Of a stretch of DNA of 64,000 nt, positions 26,765 through 39,163 are shown one piece after another. The DNA is from Selaginella moellendorffii (taxonomy: Eukaryota > Plantae > Lycopodiophyta). The notes under the pieces were generated by a model. The model was given only the letters and a program-made list of their open reading frames with translations, had not been told where the DNA came from and searched no databases. The DNA is taken from contig NW_003314329.1 of NCBI RefSeq assembly GCF_000143415.4, positions 807,763 through 871,762 on the forward strand. The letters run 5' to 3'. How positions within the stretch are numbered: position 1 is the first letter of the stretch; each line of letters starts with the position of its first letter. Both the position numbers and the translations under genes were made by a program.

Positions 26765-28562
26765 CTAGTCGAAAGACGAGAACGCTGGAAAGAAATCTCC
26801 ATCGTCCTTGGCCTCCTTTTCCGTGGTCTCCGGAAGATGCTTCCTGCAGCTATACAACACAGCCGCATGGAACGCGACGGCATTGTCCAAGAAAACAAAG
26901 TGTCCTCCCTGCGCGCAAATCACACCACAACGTCTCAAGCGGATGTGATCGCGAAATCACAAGTTTGTCAAGCTTACCTTTCTCACGCGGATGACTTCGC
27001 TTGGCACTTTCATTCGCTTGCTGGCTTCTATCCCGCCTTTGTAGTCCATCCAGTCGTCCACGCCATAGATAAACGAGGTGGGAACTTTCCAGTGGGGAGC
27101 ACTGGGAGGAACCAAGAGAACATCAGCCTTGGATCTTTTCGAGTAAACAACCCACACCTTTCTTGGAGCGGGGATCTTGCAAACGCTCCAAACTTGAATA
27201 TATATTTCAAGCACAGCTCGCCGCTTGCTCTCCCTGCCAGTGTGTGATAGATGTAATCTGCGAAACAAGAATGAGCTATTGCAAGATCTTCGAGGAAAAA
27301 CACCGAGAGAGTTATTCGGACCTGAAAGTAGTGTCGATTCTTGCCCATTTAGAATGTTTCCGGATGCATAGGTACCAAAACGCGCACCGGTGTATCTGCG
27401 GACCAAATTGGGACCCCATGGGCCAAGACTCCTGTCCAGTGCAAGAGTGCAAGACATAAGCTTGCGATGGCTACAAACAAGCGAGAAAAGACCTTACCGT
27501 ATTATCGCTTGAGGAGTCAAATTGGAATCCCAGAAAAAGTTTGCCACAGCTCCTTTCCATGTTGATCGGAACTGTATGAAGCGATCGGACTCAGGGGAAA
27601 ACCCCGCTGGACCCACGAGAATGAGATGCTGGACGTGCTCTGGATGCTGGTCATACGAGAAATCGAAATTACCACCACTTAACTTACTTTGAGAGCATAT
27701 CGAGCGGCAACATAGCCTCCAAACGAGTGTCCTAAGAGAATGAATTTGTCGAGGTTCTTGGCCTTGCGCCACTCCTCAAAGGAATCGATGAACCAAGCCT
27801 CCGTCTCTAGTTACAAAAAGAACCACGCATCAGCGCAAGAAAAAATCCATCCAAGTGAAAAGTCACAACTAAGTAGCTACGTGGGAAAACCAGAGCTAGC
27901 CAGGAGATTCTCATCTATCACTCACTCCAATCCATACCTTCCGTGCTGGTTTGTGAGAAACATTCCATCTAAGTAGAAAACTCTACGTGGGAAAGCCAGA
28001 GCTAGCCAGGAAATTCTCATCTCTCAATCACTCCCTCTCCATCCAGATTCCAAGCCATACCTTCGGTGCTGGTGCAAGTGAAATCCGGCCGGCTGGAAGC
28101 TCCCCACCCGAGCTGATCGATGGCTATGATCCTGAAATGCGCTGCCAGAGCATCGAAATTCCGGAAGAAGAAACCCTGCGAGGCGGCATAGCCGTGCACC
28201 ATGACCAGCGTCGGCGCGCTCGCGGCATTCTTGTTCTCAAACGTGACCGTGTTGATGAATCGCGGCTGGTTGCTAGCGGATCGAAACCAGCGCACCTTGG
28301 ATCCCGGCGGCCCCGAGCCGATATTCACCTGTTCTTGGACATAGGGCGTCCTGTGGATCGAAATATCCGATCAGAGGGAGAGGGAGAGATTTCCAGAGAT
28401 TCTTCGATCTTACTTGACGAGCGTGAGGAGGCGCTGCTCGGATTGGATGATGTCGCTGCGCGAGGTCGGGATCCATCGCATCCAGCTCGCGAACCACAGC
28501 CGATCCCTGCTCGCCTCCGCGGCGGCGGCCGAGGAAGACGCTGGATTCACCTTGTCCGCCAT
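26765..28562 (-). CDS. CGI-58/ABHD5-like alpha/beta hydrolase (soluble LPA acyltransferase-type)
   Basis: [36 protein letters not shown] nucleophile elbow, [10 protein letters not shown] and HX4D (HFVFLD) in the last exon; stop at 26765-26767. Confidence 0.92.
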
Positions 28563-28758
28563 TCTCCGCAATCCCATCACCGGCGGCGCGATGGCGCTGG
28601 CGGCATTTGAGAGCGCGATGAGGCGGCGCCGCGTCGATCGTTTCCTCTCCAAGAAACCTCGCCCTTCTTTCCTCCGTGCTTTCTTTGAAGAACACGACTG
28701 GTATTTAAACCAGCGCGTTAGAGCAATGGAAGGTTAGGGTTTGTGGAAAGAAGACACA

Positions 28759-29252
28759 ATGGTGGGAGGGAAAGGCGCCAAGGGGCTGCTATCGGCCAAG
28801 TCGGCGCTCGATCTCAAGGATTCCAAGAAGAAGCCCATGTCTCGATCTTCCAAGGCCGGTCTCCAGGTGTGTAATGATCGAAATCTGTGCCGCGAGTCCA
28901 AAATTTCGATCGATTTCTTTCTCTCACACGCGCTTGGCTGTGTTCTTCGCAGTTCCCAGTGGGGAGGATCCATCGTATGCTCAAGACGCGCGTGGCGGCC
29001 AACGGGAGAGTGGGAGCGACAGCGGCGGTCTACTCGGCAGCGATTCTAGAGTACCTCACGGCCGAGGTGCTGGAGCTGGCTGGGAATGCGAGCAAAGATC
29101 TCAAGGTGAAGCGCATCACTCCCAGGCATCTCCAGCTCGCGATTCGTGGAGACGAGGAGCTGGACGCGCTAATCAAAGGCACCATCGCGGGAGGAGGAGT
29201 CATTCCTCACATCCACAAGTCGCTCATCAACAAGACGCCCAAAAAGGAGTGA
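28759..29252 (+). CDS. H2A.Z: Histone H2A.Z variant, 2 exons (intron 28867-28952)
   Basis: SRSSKAGLQ|[61 protein letters not shown] and [12 protein letters not shown]. Confidence 0.97.
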
Positions 29253-29496
29253 AAGAAAGAAGTTTAGCGAAGAACACACGAGGTGAAGTTTGACACCCAC
29301 AGCTCATTCATACTGTTCTTCCCTTTTCCTTTTCTTTTTTCCTCTCTCGGTTCTTATTCCTGTATTGGTGGTCGATCGATCGATCCACTCCAGCTCTAGT
29401 TTTTCGGGTTCTAGGATGAATCACACTGGAAAAACAAACACAGATTTAAGCTTGAAAGAATGAAAAGGACTGACTTCTCTTTCGTCGATGATGTTT

Positions 29497-31154
29497 CTAC
29501 GCTAGCTTGAGTCTGTCAGTGGGGTAAATGAGATCCGGGTTTGATGCCAGGCCCGGATTCTTGTCCACGAGCTCCGTCCATCGCCCAGTTCCACAGGTCC
29601 GGGAGATTTTGGCCAGAGTATCACCCTCTTTGACGACATAGTAGCCGCGAGTTTTCCTGGCCAAGAACAGCAAACTTAGAGAAAGAGTCGCGAAAACTAG
29701 AAAGTTTTTGGTACCTCGGCCGCTTGACTGCTACCACTGCCAGAACACTCACGACCAGTGCCACTGCTCCAATCACCAAAGGAAGAACAAACCCAGTACT
29801 TCCATTTCGCTGCACGGAACTCGGCGGCTCTTTCTCTTTTGCCTGTGATGAAAGAGACAAAAAGAGAGATTTTAAGAAACCTCTTTCCACCTGGGAATAG
29901 TTTTTCTAGAGTACATACCTGGACGGAGCAGCATTGTTGATCCTCGACTTGCGGCGGCGCGCGATCACCACATCTCTCCTCGTCCACAAGCTCGGGATTG
30001 TTATCACCTTCGTCATCCTCAGTTTCGTCCACTTGCGATGACAATACTGAGGTCGACTGCTTATCCTCCTCATCTTGAAGCTCTGAAGATGCGGTTTCGT
30101 CCTCGAATTTTACAGGAGTCCCGCTTTCCTGCTGCTGGAGCTCTACGGGAGTCCCGCTTTCCTGCTGCTTGATCGAGGGTGGCGTTTCCATAAAGGCCGA
30201 GCCGGCGAGACTCGGAGACGATAGAACTTTGCCAATCGGCTGAGAAGTCTGCACAGCAAGCAGTCTTTTCGTTTTTATTGTAGCAAGGAAGGTGAACAGA
30301 AATCTCGTACCCGTGGAGACTTGTAGTCTGGAGAGGAGCTCGCCACCGCTGCTTGTTGCAAATGCTCTCGGATACCTCCAACTTTGTCCGTCGGTGGCAT
30401 GGGACCTGCGTGAGCTACCTTATCAAAATCTGGAACCTGAAACATCACACCACACGCTTAGCTTTCTTCCAGTTTTCTTTTCTTCTTCTCACCGGCAGAC
30501 TTTGAGCGCGAGCCTTTTTGGAGAGAGCTCGAATGCAAAAGCAGACCCTTCTGATATCCTTCTTCTCCACAACATCCGGGGGAGTGAAGAGATCGACATC
30601 GGGCAGGCCTATTCTCTTGCAAATCTGCGCAAACGCAAGTGGGAACATATATCTAGCTCGAGAAACAAAAATTGCTTGCCTTGAGGAATGAATCAACGTG
30701 AGAGTATGGGAGATATCGTCCACCCTTTGCATCGTTTGATGGTAGCTCCGAGGAAGGCCGCCTTGGAAATGCGGCATCCCCTCCAGAGCTGCTTCGTATA
30801 AGATCCTTGAACAGCTTGGAAACTCGAAACCTGGAGAGAGGCAAAAAATAAATAAATTTCTGGGAGGAGACACGTTCTTCCATTTCGGATTTTCAGATTG
30901 ACTCACAGTATGTCTCCATCGGCGAGCAAATCCGCCAAGCTCCGATCTCCACCATATCGTTCCTCCAAAAGAGCTTCTAGCCATACCTTCGCTTGCTTCT
31001 GCGAGAGCCAAAGCCAATCCATGGAAATATTTCACTCGGGGCATTCAATCGATCGACTCGAGCGACAATGTCGAGAATCTACCTGCATGAATTCGTCGTC
31101 CAGCTCCCGGAACTGGACTGGCGACATTTCGCCAGCGCCTCCCTGCTGCGCCAT
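29497..31154 (-). CDS. Calponin-homology domain - acidic linker - transmembrane helix - LysM protein, multi-exon
   Basis: CH-like AKVWLE...LLADGDIL...VDSFLKIC...DLFTPPDVVEKKDIRRVCFCIRAL, then TM FVLPLVIGAVALVVSVLAVVAV. The last exon (29497-29656; this frame is not in the ORF track) reads YVVKEGDTLAKIS...NPGLASNPDLIYPTDRLKL, a LysM. Confidence 0.82.
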
Positions 31155-31491
31155 TGCCCTCCTCCCTCCTCTTATCTCCGGGAGCCCTAAATCCAAAATC
31201 TCATAGCTCTCACTTGTTCGTCTTCTTCGCCTCTTCTTCCCTCCCCCTGACAGTGACCGTACAATGTGGCTGTTTGGATTGTGGCCCGGCCCATGCCATC
31301 GTCCCAAACTAGGTAGAACCACACAATATTCGCGAGGGCGAGGGGTTTATTTTGGCAAGAGGAAATTAATGACAGATATAGCAATGGCTAATCTTCCATA
31401 GCGAATCCCATCGCAAGCTAGATTATAGGATCGATCACGAGCTAAGCACCTTTTAAATGAAAATCTTCGTTCTTTTGTGCCGTCTTTTATT

Positions 31492-32370
31492 TTAAAAAAT
31501 TTTCAGAGTGTTCGTGGCCCAAGCAGCATAAAGGTTACCTGGGCTGGACTTAAACACATGATAAAGCACCACATTTCTATCTCTTTGCATAGTCACAAAT
31601 GCATAGCATGGTCCATCACAGAACTTATCTAGCGACCATATAACAGCCTGACTTGGGGTCTCTTTGACGACCATGTTCCCATTAAGTTCGACTGTGAGAT
31701 AGCAATCGACTCCTCCTCTCCCACACACTCCATTCGTCCAAACTTGCCCCCGGTTTGCCTCATTCAAAGACAAGCTACAATCATCCTGGAGCTTGAATGT
31801 GTAGATCAAATTCGGGGCCTGGAGCTCAAAATTTCGATGAAGACCATTGTAGAAGATGTTGTCCAGCGTTGTCAATTTTGCTTGGCAATCGCCTCGATCG
31901 CTTCCAAATAGAATCTTCGTTTGGTTGTGAAGTGTTTCCATCTGTTGATTTGGTGCTATGCGATATTGGACTCCAAACATCTCGGAGACTGCAAGCATGC
32001 TGCTAGCTAGAAAGGCTTGCATTTGACCTCTTGTATACATTACTAGGTTTTGGATTATCAGTTTGATAATAAAGCCTCTCACTCTGATGGTGTTACCTGG
32101 ATTGACATGGCAGAAATCCAGATTCGGGCCTGTATGATAAGCCAAGATGACGATGTCGATCACAACGTTATTTGTCACAATGATTTGATCAATATAAGCT
32201 CCCCCACTCTCATAGTAAGTATTGTCGTCGAAAATGCTCAGATTTTCAATCACTGCATCTAGAATCATAGTGACATCGGCTAGTGTTATAGCATTGTGCT
32301 GGTCAGAGAATTCCCAGCGCATGGCTTGAACAACACTAAAAAAGAAAAAAAGTGCTGAAATGAACTTCAT
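31492..32370 (-). CDS. Secreted protein: unknown N-terminal domain plus C-terminal bulb-type (GNA/B-type) lectin domain, intronless
   Basis: Signal peptide MKFISALFFFFSVVQA; lectin-like LQDDCSL, LNGNMVV...VIWS, MQRDRNVVLY and AAWATNT. Confidence 0.78.
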   Translation of the reverse strand: MKFISALFFFFSVVQAMRWEFSDQHNAITLADVTMILDAVIENLSIFDDNTYYESGGAYIDQIIVTNNVVIDIVILAYHTGPNLDFCHVNPGNTIRVRGFIIKLIIQNLVMYTRGQMQAFLASSMLAVSEMFGVQYRIAPNQQMETLHNQTKILFGSDRGDCQAKLTTLDNIFYNGLHRNFELQAPNLIYTFKLQDDCSLSLNEANRGQVWTNGVCGRGGVDCYLTVELNGNMVVKETPSQAVIWSLDKFCDGPCYAFVTMQRDRNVVLYHVFKSSPGNLYAAWATNTLKIF

Positions 32371-32599
32371 ATTCACAAAGATTGAATGATAATTTAAACA
32401 TATCAAGATAAATTACTAATAATAGTCAACCAATTATTAATCATGAGGAACAAGGTTCAGAAATACAAAAATAATAAATTTAAATAAAAAGGAATGGATA
32501 AAACTTAAGAATCATCATTGACTTTTTATAGACCACGCCAATAAAAACCAAACAAAAAAAGTGTGTTTTCTCTGCTCTGGATATGTCTTGTGGTCCTAT

Positions 32600-33900
32600 G
32601 ACGTACTTGGCACCCAACCAAGTTCACAACAATCATCCAGCCATTTGTATGCCGGAGGTCTAGACTGAGCCCCAATGTCCAGCTTTGACATCAACCTATC
32701 GAATCATCGATAGCACACATGGAGCTGTACATCACTGCATTTTGATATATAACGCGTGTAATTCCAACGGCCAGAGACCAAACTTCAATAATACTATTGG
32801 ATTAGAGACATTCTCCATGCGCAACTCCATCTAAAAGAATTGATTTTGCAAGTCCTCCACCTGATCCCACGAAGATTAGCCATCCCAGGATTGTTGTGAC
32901 CTCACAAACACAGCATAATAGTGGTAACTTGGTTAGAAAGAACTGGTGTTTTGCACTCCAGCTTGTGACCTGAGCAAAATGGCAATCTGATTGCAATGCA
33001 ACAAGCAGCTGCAATTCAGTCAGCTATGCCTACTTTCCACGGATGGGTCCTATGTATTACATACCCAGTGTCCACTATGGTGAGCTGATCTCCCTGGTAG
33101 AAGCATGCTATATCTGCAGGTCTAACAAAACCCATGATTTGGGCTTTGGCAAGGTTTACTTCCATGCCCTGAATTCACTCGGCACATCTAAGTTGACTTA
33201 CAGTCGTGCTGTTCAGCATATACATGTACATAGAGATACATGTCTGAGAGTTGGTACAGCGTAGGGACCTTGCTCTGCAACATAGTCTCTAGCACATCCA
33301 TATAGATTGCGAACAACTTCGGTGAGAGGGGGCCAAACCCCCAAGCATCCGCTATTTGCAAATGCAAAGCCTTCTATAATTCCACTCTACGAGGGAGGTG
33401 GGGATTTGGAGTTCCAGCAGACGCCAAACCAAAAGATGCCATGGGACACAGTCGAAAGCTTTGGTTAAATCAACATAACCCAGAAGTAACACTTGGTTTG
33501 CATGAAACATAGCAGTTCAAACAAGATGCGAGTAATACTTGCAAAAGCCTGCTTGACCTTTGTGCATACGGCCCATTCTTCTTCAGCCAGGCTGGCAAAC
33601 ACCTTTGCAAAAGTGCAAGCGTCCAATCTACATATGAGGAGCCCAGCCCTACAGATTAAACAACGGAGCAAGTTTATCTGACACCTACCCAGGCCAGTCC
33701 AACCGCCCATAGCATCTCAGCGTGATCTGGTGCTTTAATCGCAAATAGGCAGCTCCTCAATGGTAGACATGGTAAACTCCGGTCCTTCCGAATTGATCTC
33801 TTGGAGAACATGCAAGTTGTCGCTATTCAACTTGGTGCAGATCTCGGCATGTTTTGGTGACACGGATCGGATTCATTTGGCAACCATCAAGATTCGGCAA
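32600..33900 (-). mobile_element. Degraded non-LTR (LINE) reverse-transcriptase remnant; boundaries approximate
   Basis: The minus strand reads GYVDLTKAFDCVPWHLL (33451-33471 core) and QGMEVNLAK, with many stops. Confidence 0.7.
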
Positions 33901-33929
33901 CTCTCGCAGGGTAAATGATTGGCCTTGGT

Positions 33930-34440
33930 CTATATTGCAGATTTTCGCCTCCTTGCTGTAGACACACTTTGGGACGTGACATCCCCGTTTAAAGGTTGTA
34001 CAGGGTCAAGAACAGCTTCATGCACTGCAACTATCTCCACTCCGCGAATGCGGGCCTGTGGACGCTTGGGACAAGTAGGAAGACGGTGACCAGGTTCGCC
34101 GCAGTATATGCATACACCAAGGGAGATATGACATTGTCGTTCTTCAGGGAGAAGAGTATGGGACGCCGCATCAAGCTCCATGGGGGCAGGTCCAAATGGA
34201 TCCCTGGCAGGCATCACAGAGCGCTCAGCAGGAGGTGCCATCACACGAGCAGGAACAGCAGCAGTTCGCCTCTTCGTGAAGACCCGCAGCAGATTCTCAC
34301 TATTGAGTGCCTGATTCGGAGATCCGATGCCAGCATTTCGATGGCTTTGTGTTCTTCTTCGGCGCTCGGCTATGATCCGCGCGAGAAAAGAGAAAATGGG
34401 GGCCGGGCACTGGGATCGAGTTGAGTGCAGTCTGTTGTTT
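33930..34440 (-). mobile_element. Ty3/gypsy gag fragment
   Basis: PAPMELD...EERQ...CIYCGEPGHRLPTC zinc knuckle. Confidence 0.75.
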
Positions 34441-34469
34441 CAAGCGGATTTATGGGATCTCACAAAACA

Positions 34470-34760
34470 TAGAGACCGGGAGGGCTCGGCGGTGAGGAAA
34501 TCATCGAGCACGCCGAGGTCGAACGGAGTGGGATTGTCTGAAGGCACATTCGGGTAGAAAGTGAGATTCCTGGAAGAAGAAGCTGATCACTTCGGTGCAG
34601 CGCCTCGGATATGAGAGCGAGGGTGATCCTGCGAGAAAGAGTGATGCAACCACGGGGAAGAGGATGAACTTTGCGATGTTTGAGGAGTCGCCGTGAAGAT
34701 AAACTTATGAAACATGCGGCCTGAAGAGGCCGGCCATGAAACTGGGCAGCCCACATGTTC
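34470..34760 (-). pseudogene. Truncated dirigent duplicate (5' part only)
   Basis: Nucleotide similarity to 35380-35670 (e.g. tccaggaatctcactttctac vs tccaggatctctccttctat). Frameshifted, and truncated next to the gag fragment. Confidence 0.75.
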
Positions 34761-35061
34761 CTCACTTGCTCTCTTGGCATGGAGCAAAAGCTTTAGCAAA
34801 CTAGAAACTATAGCAGCCAGGAAGACGATATCAATGCACCTGATCTTTCCACCTGATGAAGAACAAAACGTAAAAACAATTCGACTTTTTCCAACCTTGG
34901 GAGAAATCTTGATCGAGGAGCAGCAAATGTTGGCACACATTTCATGGAGCCGGACATGCTAGCAATGTTTTCCTTTATTAATGAAATCGAGCAGTCCCAG
35001 AAAACCACATCGCATGATTTATACGAGAAATTGAACACCTCACCATAGACTGATATCTTCG

Positions 35062-35586
35062 TCACGCATCGTCACGACGCATGGCGATGCCGTAGCACTC
35101 CCACAACCTGGTGATAAACAGGTGCATCCGCAGGATCAATCCGCCGGGCTGAGTGGCAAAAGTTGATATCTTCGCCGTTCCCTGGACGAGGCTGAACTCT
35201 CCAGTCCCGCCGACGATGGCGATCTCTCTCACCTTCTCCGGGAAATGGTTCTGGCCCAAGAGGCTGATGATCCCCCGCCGGCCCTTGATCTCCACGGTCA
35301 TGGTCTGCAGAAACGAGGTCGCGTTGGAATTCAGCGAGTCCCACACAAGCGTGCCCCGGGCGCTTCCCACAACCGTGGAGTTCCGCGAGGGCCTGGCGGT
35401 GAGGATATCATCCAGCACGCCGAGACCGAACGGGGTGGGATTGTTTGGGGGCACGATCGGATAGAAGGAGAGATCCTGGAAGAAGACGCTGATAACTTCG
35501 GTGCAGTGCCTCGGATACGAGGATGATCCTACGAGAGAGAGTGATGCAGCCGCGCAGAAGAGGATAAACTTTGGGAAGGCCGCCAT
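35062..35586 (-). CDS. Dirigent protein, intronless
   Basis: Signal peptide, FFQD, FGLGVLDDILT, VVGSARG and REIAIVGGTGEFSLVQG. Confidence 0.9.
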   Translation of the reverse strand: MAAFPKFILFCAAASLSLVGSSSYPRHCTEVISVFFQDLSFYPIVPPNNPTPFGLGVLDDILTARPSRNSTVVGSARGTLVWDSLNSNATSFLQTMTVEIKGRRGIISLLGQNHFPEKVREIAIVGGTGEFSLVQGTAKISTFATQPGGLILRMHLFITRLWECYGIAMRRDDA

Positions 35587-35875
35587 AGCTGCAAGCGAGG
35601 AGATGAGATGGCTTGTCCGGTCGCAGATTGCTCGGGTTATAAACTGGTCGTCCCACATGTTTCTCGCTCGCCATCGGCGTTAAATTTTATTCGCCATTGA
35701 ATGTTGGAACATGCAGACCATTAATTTGCTGTACTTGAAATCCTATTCAATTATCAGTAACATGAAGCAAAACTTTTTAATTTAAGCTTTAGAATATGCG
35801 GTCTCAGACAAGAGAAACTTGTGTTTTAGGGTTTATCCATCAAGGATCGGCTCTGCCAAATCGCGAATGTAGGCG

Positions 35876-38112
35876 ATGGCGATCCTGGAGCTCGGGCGCG
35901 ATTGCGTCCGCCAGGCCTCAGGTACGCGCTCGAGAAAGGCTTTCGCGCGGGCTTTTTGTTCTTTCCAGGCTGAGAGATTGCAATGCGGCAGCGCCAGGAG
36001 TATTCCGGGGAGGATTATTGGAGCTGCATTAGCGGCTTCTCTATGCTGTGAATCCAGCGCTTCCAAGGTGAGATTTTTATTAAAAAAAACGGAACGATTT
36101 TTTTTCATAAAACGTTGGCATGATCATCAGCTTTGCAGTGACAACGAGCATGGAGCAGGAAATACTCCCCATTCCAGAGGAGTTTCCCCCGCTGCCCGAC
36201 TTTTTCTTTTCCACCATACGAAATGGTGCGAAAAACGATTTGTAAACAAGCTAGTTGTTGTTTTATTAGATTGTACTAGACAACGGTCTCCGAGTTTTCG
36301 TGCTCGAGGATCATGAGCTGGGACTTGTAAGTTCGGCTCTTGCTTTTGCGCTCAAGGAACTGATCCTTTTTATTTTTTCTGTTTCCAGGAAGGCGGAGGA
36401 AACTTAGAACCGGAAGGAAAGGTGATTGCTCTGTTTCTTATAATCTCGCGATGTTTCTGATATAAAATCTCACGTCTGCTGTGCAAAGAAGTGGAGGGAC
36501 TGCGTTACATCCAAGCGATTCATTAGATTTAGAACTGGAGGTAAAGTTGTCAATGTACAAGCTATTTCTTATTTACTTTTCTATTTTGCAGTCCATGGCA
36601 GCTCGAATAGAAGCATCGTCCAGTGGTGGGAGTATGGGTGTCGGCTGTCGTTGCCTTGAGGACGACCTCAAAACTGTGTTTTCTATATTTTCAGATGGTA
36701 TGGCCGTTGAAAACTTTGAATTCCTCCTGAGGTGTTTGTTCTGCAGTCGTCCAGAGGCCAACCATGCCTAGAGAGAAGCTAGAACTTGTTGGAGGACAGC
36801 TTCTGGGCTATATCTCTTGACGTAGGCGAGTAGCATCTGCAGGCGATCTTTTTAAAATATGTTTTCCTTCATCAGGCTGAAACTTCGGCTACAATCGGGT
36901 TGCAAAAGCTGCTGTATGGGGATAAAAGTATTTATGCTCGATTGCCCGAGCAAAACACGGTGAGATCCAGTTTTCGTAACGACCTGGTTGCATTTCACAG
37001 ACAGGTTTTCCGGTGAGCCATTCCAGTTTTTCTTTGTGCTTCCGTCGTCATATTTTACTTACTGGCCTGACGCAGCTGTGTTAGGAATTTGGGGTGATTT
37101 TGACTCTTAGTCGCTGATTGAAACGGAGTTTTCAACATGACGGACGCCAGAAAACACAAGGAGCAAGCTTCTGTATGTTCGGCAGGACTGTGGAGCTTTT
37201 TCACCAGCAGGCTTTTACCAGTCAACACCATGCCCCAACTTGGTACCAGCATTTCTAAGCCAAATGTGTACCTCGTGGCTTAACTCAAGGGTATGCACAA
37301 GAATCACGAGGGTACTAAATAAGATGTGAATGTAGATATGTTCGTATGGGGGAGCTTGGAACTACGATTGCGGATCCTGATGTGTTTGCTTTGGACGTTT
37401 TCAACGGCGTGCTAAATGGTTTTGGGGGCCTCCTATTTGACGAGGTATAGTGCTTTTCTCAGTCTTGGTGATTGTCCTCAAAACGTTATCCTTGTAGATT
37501 CGATCGAAAGAAGGTCTGGCATATTCAGTAGCTGGAGGATGGAGTGCTTCGATCGATCACAGGGTTAGCTTTTCTGATTATAGATTTAAAGCAACGTTTT
37601 AAAATGTCTCGCTCAATGTTATATAAGGGTGTTTTCGTCGCCGGAGGAGAAACTCAAGTTCAATCTATTCCCAAGTTTCTAAAAGCCGTCAAGGCAGTTT
37701 TGGTGTCAATTGTCGAAGCACCTGTTCCTGAAGGCTAGATTTGTCGTGCATGCACTATTGAAACCCTTCCCTGCATTGCAGAGAAGCTGTCTCAAGCCAA
37801 AGAAGCTGCTGTAAATTCTTTTGTTTTCAATTATTCAAGTAGGTAAACTTGCGATTATATCTACCAAAGTTATCAACATTCGTCTTCTGCAGAGAATCCC
37901 AGCTAGCACGTGTCCTCATATACGATCTATTTGGAATCGATCAAAACCTTCCTCTCACTTACAAAAAGAAGGTTGAAGAAGTAACGAGCAATGACATCCT
38001 GGAAGGCGCAAGAAAACATCTTCATCCCGACTTGGAGCCAATTGTCATTGTTACTGACGCGAAGGCACTTGGGACTCAAATGCCACCTTTTGTGCAACTG
38101 CAAGGACGATAA
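35876..38112 (+). pseudogene. M16 (insulinase-family) non-catalytic subunit, probably organelle-targeted, probable pseudogene
   Basis: LDNGLRVFVLEDHEL, QRSGGT, LGIWGDFD, FNGVLNGFGG, IRSKEGLAYSV and V..VTSNDI; no HXXEH seen. In-frame stops at 37108-37110 and 37138-37140, and no AG acceptor before about 36480. Confidence 0.7.
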
Positions 38113-38483
38113 AGCTACGCGCAGGCAAGTATTATTTCTGCTTTGCCATCAGAGAGTGGCACAATGGAGGACTTGGATTCCTACTCACAGTCTTTGTAGA
38201 CAGGTACTTGAAGAGTCTGGAGTATCCAGTGGCATGGGAGTATCGCAGCAGATGAATGCTCGATCAAAGAGTAAAATTTCTTCTTGTGTTATGTTATCCT
38301 ATGCCGCTTATTCTCTAAACAGGTGCTTTCGCCAGGTCGTCGACGAGATGATGGAACGAAGCGTACTTTCGTGGCCGTCGTGTACCCGCAGGCCATGGGA
38401 GCAGCGAGGAGATTTCTGTGAACATTCGTTTCAAAGCTTACCGGGTTCTTTTTGACACTTCAAAGTCCACTCTATGTCCTGTC

Positions 38484-39163
38484 CATAGTTGCCGGAAAAC
38501 GTATGAAACTAAAAAAACGTAACGTTTTAAACGCGTTAAAAAACGCCGTTCTAAACTCCCAACGCGTTTGCACTATTTGCAAAAAGAGACAAAGGTTTCT
38601 TTAGGGTTTCTTCAGGGTTCATGCAGGAATTGGAGGACGCCGCGAATGCTGGAGCTGGAAGCATGTGATACGAGCAGAGCGGCACTGGACATGTAAGTAT
38701 TGTCATGAGATTCAAGTGAGTGCGAGCACATCTTGCTGGAGTTCGGGCAAGAGGTGTGAAAACGTGCAAGGCAATGAGGGAGATCCCTTATGAAGTTCTT
38801 AAAAAAGCTCGCAGCAGTTTTTCCGATTTCGAGCTAGCAGACCCAGCAGATGCCGATGATGGGCATCTGCTGCAGCAAGCCTCACAGGGTTCAGGGGGGC
38901 CAGTAGAATCTATGGTGGCAAGCACAGAGAACTGGTCCAGTGCTGGGACAAGCAAATGGCTTCTTCTTTCATTTGTTTTAATATGTTATTCGGTTGGGTT
39001 TTATAAGCTTAATATCAGATTAAAGTGTCTTTCGTAAATATTAGTGTTTTCTTAATCATTTTAGGCTTTAACATGTAAACGTTTGATTGTCCTGAAAAAA
39101 ACGTTTTAAACGGCGTTTAAACGTGGACGCGTTTGAACGTTTGCACGTCTAGCTGCAACTATG
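38484..39163 (+). mobile_element. Non-autonomous hAT-superfamily DNA transposon (internal-deletion derivative)
   Basis: TIRs CATAGTTGC...GCAACTATG, a perfect 8-bp TSD GTCCTGTC (38476-38483 and 39164-39171), subterminal AAACG repeats and a BED-finger-like remnant (VRAHLAG...C). Confidence 0.9.
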
